Assembly (NCBI GenBank): GCA_958009085.1
Contig: OY253684.1
Location: forward strand, 744,001 to 808,000
Reading direction: 5' to 3'
DNA length: 64,000 bases
Origin: Protoeuglena noctilucae
Taxonomy: Eukaryota
In this document: one piece after another, positions 55,068 to 64,000 of the stretch
How positions within the stretch are numbered: the stretch's first letter is position 1
How the letters are laid out: the number at the start of each line of letters is the position of its first letter
Position numbers and translations under genes: made by a program
Notes under the pieces: model-generated
What the model saw: only the letters and a program-made list of their open reading frames with translations
Databases searched by the model: none
Told to the model about the DNA's origin: nothing

Positions 55068-58000
55068 CTACGCGTGCTCTTGGATGTCGGCCAGACACGT
55101 GCGCAGCGCGGTGTTGTACGTGTGCGTGCTATGGTCGTGCATCATCGATGGCGCAATCAAGACGCCGTCCGCGCAGAGCTCCGCGGCGTCGGCCCACACC
55201 GCCTGGAAGCTCGCGCGGGCCTGCAGGGGGAGGGGATATCAATTATTTGTAGCTTCCCATACCATGCCATGCCCCATATAGCCAGACGATACCTCACAAC
55301 ACATTACACGCTTCCCTCACCCAGTCTCGCCTCGCCGCCCGCACCGCCGCCGCCCGCCACTGCCGCGCACTCCGCACCACCAAATCCGCTGCGCCCGGCG
55401 CCACGCCACCGCAGCCCGGCCCAGTCCCAGGCACACCCTCGCCACCACCGTTGACCCCACCCCTGCCACCACCATCATCCCCACCCTCTCCACCACCCCT
55501 CCCCCCACCCTCTCCACCACCATTGCCCGCACCCTCGCCACCACCACTGCCCGTACCCTCTCCACCACCATTCCTCCCCGAAGACTTCCCTGCATGGTTA
55601 TTCACAAACTGTCCCACATCTCCCCCCACATGCCCCGCATCCAAGCCCCCTTTCACAGCCCCGCTCTCTTGCCCCGCAACCCCAGCCGGCACATCCCGTG
55701 CCCCACCCACGCCTACCCCACCCTTGTCCCCCACACCACCCTCAGCTGACCCATCTCGCCCCTCCTCTCCCCTCTCTTCATCCCCACCACCCCCACCCCC
55801 ACCCCCACCCCTCCGTCGTTTGCCCGACAGAGCGGGCAGCGTGATGTTCCACTGCACCTTGCTCAGCCACTGCCGCATCGACTGGGCAGCGCGGGTGGGC
55901 CCCGATGCTTGCTTGGGGCACTTGACGGGGCGTACGAGGATGACTTTGCCGGGTATGTGCATCTCTGGGACGTGGATGCGCTCTGCGCGGGAGCGGAAGC
56001 GGTCCAAGAAAGCACGGGCCTCCTGGGTAGGGGGGGGGGGGGGGGGGGTGAAGGGTGGTGGTGGTGGCGGTGGTGGGTGAGGGGTGGGTGAAGGGTGGTG
56101 TTGAGGAGGGGTGGTGGTGGTGGGTACCATCATTTTAATCATAACCCCTATTCATCTCTCTCCCCCCCACACACCTGCGGCACTTCCTCCATCGGCATGG
56201 GCATGAAAGCACCATTCACTCTACTCATATCAACAAATTCCCATCTATCTGTCACCTCTGGTACTTCCTCCATGGGCATGAACGCCCTCTCCGGGTCGAG
56301 CAGGTATCCCCGCATGTAAGCCAGAAAAACGCCGGTCTTGCCCAGCCTCGACCTCGCCAGCAGCTCCACCATCCGCGACTGCATCTGTTCCAGTGACCAC
56401 AGCGACATGCGGGGAACGAGGTCCTTGCCCACCACGACTGTGGTGACGAATAACGACCATGACGCGGCAGTGGCGGGGTCGGCTGTGCCACCAGGAGGGG
56501 CCACCGCCCAGCACCGCAGGGATGGGTAGCGCGGGCGCAGGGCGGCGGCGAGGAGCGCTGCGACGGCGCCGCCCAGGGAGTGGCCCGTGAGCACCAGCCG
56601 CCAGCCGTGGGACTCTGACACGCCCCTCTGGCGCAGCCATCGCGTGACGGGGCAGGTGCACTGGCCGCTCAGGACGCGCCTGGGGGGGTGGGGGGTTGAG
56701 TGTAAGGGTGAGGGGTGGTAGTGGTTGACGGGGGGCGTTGATGGGGTGATGGCTGGCAGAGAGTGACTGAGGTGGGTGGCGAGGGATGAAGGGTATCCTA
56801 GTCTCACCTGTCTATCCCCATCACTCGCCTCAGCATGATCTCTTTATCCATCACTTTCGCACCTGAGTATCCCCTTCTCATCGATGTCCCTCAGCGTCGC
56901 CACGGCACTGAGCACGAATCCCCCGTGGGCCAACCGATCCCAACCCGAGCCATCCCTGGAATGGAGAACAGACGGCAATGATAATGAGTATTATTACAAT
57001 GATAACTATCATGATCCATTATCGAGATAGTTATAGTAATAAATGGATAGTGCACCTCCCCCCACTCTCATCAGCACAGCACACAGCACACCCCCCCCCC
57101 TACACCCCCACTCACCCCCCTCTCCTCCTCTCCCCCACTTTTGTCAGCGAGCACAGCCGAATGCGCGGCGGCTCAGGCGACCCCTGCGGCTGCCCCGCAT
57201 CCGCCGCCTCCGCCCTCCGCCAACTGACCTCCGCAAACGCCTCCAAATCCGACATGGGGGCCACGTCGCCAAACACGTCTGGTTTGATGAGAAGGGGGGG
57301 GAGTAGAATGTTGGGGAAACTCTATTTGAGGTGATAAGTGGCTGGTTATTATCTGATACTAGTTATTATCTGATACTTATAGAAAGCACTGTTTACATTG
57401 TCACCACCTGCATATGACCAGGGCAGCAAAGCACCATTACTCTGCTACTGTTAACACCAACTCTCTCGGCCATGCAATGACCATATCCCCACCTCACCTG
57501 TGACGATGTCCTCGACCGATGCTGTGCCCCGCAGCGCCAGCACCACCGCCTTGTGGCCCGGGCTCAGAGCGATGATGTAGGGGAGCTTGGACTGTGTGGA
57601 CGGTAAGAGAGGAAATTGGCGGTCATGTGTGGATGTAGGGGAGCCTTGCATAGTAACATGGTTACTGTTGTCCACCAGGTGCGAGTGTACACGTCAGCAG
57701 CACTACCAGGCAAAGACGCATGCATCTCTACATCTCATATTCACTTCAAGTAGCTTACCAGAAACGAATCCTCGAAACTCGCATAGACGAGGTCGTCGAA
57801 TCCGATCTTCGCCTTCATAGCCACCGCCTCCACGTCCGCACGGCGGAGACGCGTGAAGCGCCGGCGGGAATCGAAGCCGGGACCCCAGTCCAATTCCGAA
57901 ACGCCCTCCTCTGCGGTTATGATGATGGAGTATCGATGCTAGTTACTCTCCCCCAACCCCTCACCTGTCCAACGCCCTCATCAACACCCCCGTCACTTCC

Positions 58001-61000
58001 CATCCATCCTAGTGTGAGAGGGCCCTCTCACCCCCCCCCTTCCCTCACCTCCCTCAGCCCCCCTGTCGCCCTCGGTGCCTCTCCGTGACTTGAAGTATCG
58101 CCTCTCCCACTCCTCCCACGTCTGTATCGACTGCCCCTCAGATCGACCGTCCACCGTGCGCGTGTCGCCGCCTGCAACGATGCCACGATGTTATATATAT
58201 ACTGCTGATGTTATATATACACTGTAATATTGAATAAGTAACTTAAAGTTTCTCACACCTTACACCTGATTGTTAACATGCAGCATGTGAGCAGTCGACG
58301 CAAACACACAAGCGAGTGGCAGTGCACGCCCCCATCCCCCTTCCCCACCACCCGCATCCCAGCCCATCCCACCCCCAGCTGCCACCCCCTCACTCTCGCG
58401 GTGTTGGCGCTTGGCCGCCCTGCCACGCACAGCCCTGGCGATGGCTGGGATGAGCGTCCCTGCCGCCACCGAGTGCGCGCAGTCGTGCATGGCGTCACGC
58501 AACCACACGTGTGCCAGAGTGCCCAGCCCCACTCCCGACGCCGAATAGACGGCGTCCGCAAATGCGACAAAGTGACACGCCTCCTCCACCACGCTGTCCG
58601 GCACTCGCCGCAACGCCAGACTGAGCCCACGCACGCTCGCGTCGGCTCCCACGGGGTGGGCCTGGCAGCCGCCACCGGGGGGGTCCGAGCTTAGCCGACC
58701 GAGCACCTCTGGCCCGCTGCGCACCACCACAGCGCCCTTGTTGCCACCGCCACCGTCGCTGCCACTGCTCTCTTGGCCACCCCCTCCGCTACCCTTGCCC
58801 GCCATCTCTGCACTCCCGTCGGAACCACCCTCACGCTCGCTCACCCCGTGATACCCATTCCCCTCTTCTCCCCTCTCACTTAATGCCGCTGCTTGCGCGC
58901 CCATCAACTCCGCACCTCCCCCGTCGCCCACCTCCCGCTCCCCACGCCCTCCCCCCGCAATGCGTGCCATGACGTGACCCCTCGGCGCTTCCAAATACGC
59001 ACTTTGATCAAAGTCACCGCGCTTTTGACTCTCAAACCATCCCTTCCCACCACCACCCATCCCTCTCTCCGCTTGCCCTGCCCCCACTAAACCACCACCA
59101 CTCTCCTGCCCATCTCCAGCCCCCCTCGCTCCCACCACGCGCTCTCGCCCCTCACTCCTCTCACTGCCCTTCTCTCTCATACCCCCCATGTATCCTTTTC
59201 CTCTCCCATCCCCCTCCTTTACCCTCCGTTCCCCTCGCCCCTCCCTCTCACCCTCGCCTTGACCCATCCACCTCACCCCCGCAGATCGGGACGCCTTAGG
59301 CAGCCCCTCCTCCACATGTGCATGCTTTGCGGGTGTCGTCACCATTCCCATCCCCTCATTTCCTGATCCCTCACTCCCTGAGGCCTCGGTCACTGGACAG
59401 CCCACGTTGGTCTCTGCCGCCGCACCGCCCCTCGTCGCACCCTCCGTCAACCCAACGCTCCCTGCGCTTCCAGATTCACCCCCACTGCCTCCTCTACCAC
59501 CACCCTCTCTCTCCCGCTCCCTTCTCCGCACCTCCAGAGCCCCCTCAGCCGCCCCCGCGGTCTCCGGAACCTGCGACCCGAACCCAGCCGTTGGGTCCAA
59601 ACGCGCCTCGCCCTCCGGCTTCCGCTCCCGCTGCCTCTGCGACAGCCACTGCGTCCCGGCGGCATCGACGTCGGCTTGCGGGGGCTGCGCGTGCAGGTTG
59701 GGGAGGTAGAGGTCGCGGTTGATCTCGAGGCGGGCCGTCTGCTGCCAGGAGCTCAGGAGCAGCATCGCCACCGCCACGTCAGACTGCAAGGGGAGGACGA
59801 AAGAGAACAGTTGCAGCGTGAGCTTGCACAGGGTTATAATGAGTATTACCAGCGATGAGCGCAAACGCAGCGATAGAAACAAGCCCTTTCAGCCGCCCGC
59901 CGGCAGCTGCACCCATCCAATCCCGCTCACAACCTCTTGTGTTAGCTTGTAATTACATCTCACCCCGCCGCGGCGGCCTCTCACCAGCGTCAAGTCGAGC
60001 TTCCCCAGCGCCTGCCATGCGATGACCGTCAGCCGCTCCACCACCGAGCGCGAGCCCCACGGCTGCTCGTCAGCGCTCTCTGCGCGAAAAAAAGAGAATG
60101 CATGACTCCAGAGAGCGGCCAGCGATCCGCGGCGTGGTGCAGGATATGATTTCTTTCTCGCGTTGTCGCCTTTCTGCTCCTCCCCCGGACGCATCGCCCC
60201 TTGTCCGCCGCCTGCCGAACCCATGGCCGACTTTGCTGATGTCAGCTGCGCTCCCATCGGGCGGCCGACCACCTCCTGGATGTCCTGGCGCACGGTCCGG
60301 GGGCAGCAACAGAGCACAGAGAGGACGCGCATCCGCCGGCGCCATACGCGGGGAGCCCCTGCGGAGGACGTCGAGTAGAAAGCATACAAGCTTGCATGGT
60401 CGTCTCAGCTTGTCCCTGTGGCCTACAACACAAGCGCGTGACTGGGAGCAGTGGCATTCCTCGTCGTAAAGGTGCAGGTGGCCGCGCGCATGTCACCGGC
60501 GCCGGGAAGCGATCCGAAAAGCACGCTGATAGCGAGTATGAAAAGGCCTAGAATGACCCAGGCCGATATGATGAGGGCTGAGATCCCGACGGTGGGGCGG
60601 TGGCAGTGCGGAGGCCTTGTCCGAGTTGCGATGGCGTGGTAAGCCGTTGCGGCCGATGTCAGGACCGCAGAAGCGACATGGCAGCCAAAAACCATCCCAA
60701 GGAGCAGCTGCGTGAACCGGCGCTTCCTCGCCTGCGGAGTAACGGCCTTTGCAATGCCAACTCGAGGACAATTGACCCCCGCGACGTCACAGAGCATCGG
60801 AACATACATGTTGGTATCATGGTATAATGGTTACGTTTGTCGGGTAGAGCGAGAGGCGAGCGACGGGGGATTCGCGAGTTTGGGCGCACGGCGTCTGCTG
60901 CGTCACCTCCAGCACCGTGCCGCGCGCGCAGTAGAGGACGATTGCGAAATCCGTGATGACGAGCGCTCCGTAGACGCAGCAAAGCGCGATGAGCGTGCCG

Positions 61001-61200
61001 TTGAGGGCCCGGGAATGTGACGCGTAGCTTCCGTGGCGGCAGGCGGGCGAGAGGCGCGTGAAGGCGCGGGACGGGAGGACTACAACCAAAGCGATGGCCC
61101 AGCAGAGATGGAATATGCCACCGAGGAACATGGGGAGCGGGAGGTCGTCGGTGGCGAGGTGCCACTTGATCCCCCCTGGCCACGTCCGCATGTGCGGCAT
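55068..61200 (-). CDS. Class 3 lipase, sn1-diacylglycerol lipase-like, with N-terminal transmembrane segments and Gly-rich insertions
   Basis: N-terminus MPHMRTWPGGIKWHLATDDLP; SDVAVAMLLL; LPYIIAL...VVLALRGTASVEDIVT; AHGGF; LVLTGHSLGGAVA; VVVGKDLVPRMS; IAPSMMHDH. Confidence 0.88.
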
Positions 61201-61616
61201 GATGCAGCAATGCTGATGCTGCAACTAGCGCTTGAAAGTCGCCATTATACTGCCGGGTGGTCTCCGTACACCTTTGGTGGCTGCCAAGACTTCAAAGGGT
61301 TGCGCGCAGGAACCCGTGAATGGGGTCAAAGGAACGCGTAAGGTGCCGTGTCAGTATTTGCAAGGTTCCTGTGTCGGGCACCGCTTGGGAACAGCGATCA
61401 GCCCTCGAGACAACATCAACACCGGCTACGTAGATAGAACGCTGGATGGGCCCATCGCCACGCGGGCGCTGGTGGCCGCTGGTGGTAAGCCCTTGCACGC
61501 ACACCCTGTCCCGTCCCGCCCATGCGAAATCGATCGGAGCGAGGGTGCGGCGCAGAGCTGGGCGGCATGAGAGATGAGGGTTAGGGAGCTTGGCCTTAAA
61601 AGCGGCGGCGCGTGGG

Positions 61617-64000
61617 TCAGCGGGCGCTCGGGATGCGCACCCCGCTGGGCTGGCTGGGCTGCGGGGGGCCCCCGAGGGTGGCTTCGAGGACGGGGAGGGG
61701 CACGGGCTGGTTGAGGCAGGGGGGGCAATACCAGGCGCCGCTGGGGATGTGGTCCAACCTCGCACTGCGGGGGTGAGAAGTGCTGGTGTTGATGAGCGCC
61801 TACTACTAGTAAGTGCTTATGGACACCAGCGGTGGCAGTGACGCTACCAGATTGGACAGATGAAATAGCATAGCTGCTGGCATCGATGAGTGTCGGTCAA
61901 GTAATGGTGCCACTGCGCACCGCCCATCGGCCATGCATGGGCCACCGCACGGCCGCGCATCACACGACGTCCGTGCTTCATCCCATGCCCCTCACCATTG
62001 CATGCAGAGGCAGTTGGGGCATGGCCCCTGAGGCCCGGTGCCCTCGCACAGCAGCAGGTCGCCGCCCAGCCCGCACGAGATGCAGTGGTACGCCCAGTGA
62101 CCCGCGTCCGCATCCGCCTCCGCAGCCGGCGGGGGCGGCGGTGCGGCGCTGGCTGCGCGCTTGCTGCCCGGCGTTGGCGCCTGCACCTCCGCAGCGCGTT
62201 TGGCGGCGCCCCGGGTCGCGTGGGGGTCCGCAGCGCTTTTGGCCATGAGCCCGTTGCGCTCCAGGTAAGCGAAGAGGATGGCGGAGCGGTCGCGGAGTAC
62301 GGCGGCGGAGTAGGTGGCGAGCTCGAGGGACCCGCGGGTGATGGCTGCCGCGACGTCCCCCTGCCATATGCGTCTCTCGTTGAGGTTGTGCCACAGCTTG
62401 CCCGGGTGCTTGGGGTCGTCGTCGTCGATCTCCTGGGCCACCAGGGGCACCACGCGCGTCATGCGCACTGCAATTGAGGGGGGGAGATGGGAGAGGTGAG
62501 ATGAGAGGTGGGGTGAGAGAGGTGCTTGGTGGGTGCAGCAGTCATGCGCACTGGGGGGGTGGGTGGGGTCGCGTCACATGCACCCTGCATTTGGGGGGGG
62601 GGAGATGAGAGGGGTGGGGTGGGAGAGGGGGTCGTTATGTGCAACAGCCATGCGCACCGCGGGGTGGGTGGGGTCGTGTCATGCACATTGCCCCAGTCCG
62701 TCCCACTGCCCCCATCCATCACACCGCCCCACAACGCACTTGACACCCTCATGTCACCAGTCACTCACCCGCCACCCTGTCTTCTTCATCCTCCGGCCGC
62801 CTCTTCCTCCTCCCCCGCTTGCGCTTCTCCTCCATGGCAGCAGCGCCGCGGGGGGCACTGTCGCCGCGGCCACGGCTGGCGTAGCGGGGGGCGGACTGCG
62901 AGGGGTGGGAAGGGGTGGGGGACTATGGGGTGGGGATGGAGGCGCGGCTGTTATGCGAGACAAGCGCCGAGTTGTCAATGACTGGCGACCAGTTCCTGTG
63001 CTGTATCGCTTCCTGTATTGCACACACAGTCCCCTCACAGTCCCTTATCGCTTCCACCAGTCCCGTCTCTCCCATCCCACCCCTCACCTCCTCCCCCTGC
63101 AAGTCCTGCATGGATCCGTCCCACTCCATCCCCACGTCCGGACTCGCCGCACGCGCCAACTCTTGCGCACCACCACTGCCGCCACCACCGCTGCCACCGC
63201 CACTCGCACCGCCACTCGCACCCCGCCCGCCACCGCCACTCGCACCACCACCACCCGCGCCACGACCTTGTGCGTCCGCTCCTGGCCCTCCCTGCACCTC
63301 GTTCCACTCTGGGCTGAGCCTCTCGGCGTCCACCGGGTGCATGTCCTTGACCCTGTCTGACAGGGCAATCCCCGTCAGATTGTCGATGGGGTCGGGGGCG
63401 GCGCCAGTGACGGCCGTGGCGCGGTTGTCCAGGCGAGTGATGGCCATCTCAATGACCGTCTGCGGGGTGGCAGTTGTGTTATGGACACGGGTGATGTTAA
63501 TTAAAGAGAGAGTTGCAGGGCAGAGGGGGCATACCATGACCGTCATGCGCACGGGCTGCCCCTCACCATGCACTCGCACAAACTGCGCACGTCCTGGATC
63601 GCCTGCACCCGCGACTGGAAATCCGAGAGGGACAGGTCCCCCAGGTCACCCCCCGCGCGCCAGACCTGCGTGTCAGGAAACGATCCTCGATGTTCACATT
63701 GATAATCAGATCTGCAGCTAATCCATGCTCGTCCATGTCTCGACTCCAACTCACAGACCCAGCAACCCCACCGCCATCCCCCCCCGCCCCGCTCGCCACC
63801 ACTCCCTGCCCACCCCCCACCACCACCTCTCTGCTACCCTCTGCCCCTCACCTGCTGCGCCATCTGGTCCAGCAACAGACCCATGGCGTTCGCCCACCCC
63901 GCCTGCACCTGCGCCGTCGCCTGTGCCCGCTCCTCCTGCCCCACCGCACGCATCGACCCGACCAGCCCCAGCGAACCCTGCTCTCGCCCCACGCCGTCCT
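61617..64000 (-). CDS. 3' part of a probable chromatin protein with a C-terminal PHD finger
   Basis: HCISCGLGGDLLLCEG...CPNCLCMQ|CARLDHIPSGAWYCPPC, preceded by a LWHNLNERRIWQGDV segment. The gene continues beyond the window. Confidence 0.7.

Overview
GC-rich, intron-rich eukaryotic nuclear DNA. It is most likely a green alga (inference from plant-type DapB, PTB-like PiT transporters and an animal-type selenoprotein thioredoxin reductase). The standard genetic code is used. I reconstructed about 17 spliced genes by eye: a large unknown helical protein, three PiT/PHO4 phosphate transporters, a multi-repeat Myb protein, a mitochondrial carrier, DapB, SGT1, a TPR protein, a Lys/Glu-rich unknown, ornithine decarboxylase, YAE1, thioredoxin reductase, NMD3, a low-complexity unknown, an FBXO9/FBP7-like F-box protein, a DAG-lipase-like class 3 lipase and a PHD-finger protein. 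Two PiT copies form a ~3 kb near-perfect inverted repeat around an assembly gap. Four observations stand out. (1) TrxR ends Gly-Cys-UGA(Sec)-Gly-stop, with a strong hairpin directly after the UGA and a SECIS whose predicted helix I is separated from the core by a ~94-nt structured insert. (2) Introns in at least five genes contain degenerate tandem copies of their own exon-intron junctions. (3) GC-AG introns are unusually frequent, with at least 11 independent sites. (4) The PiT palindrome has homology ending exactly at the stop codons, with signs of gene conversion. Exon boundaries are manual predictions and are not confirmed by RNA data.
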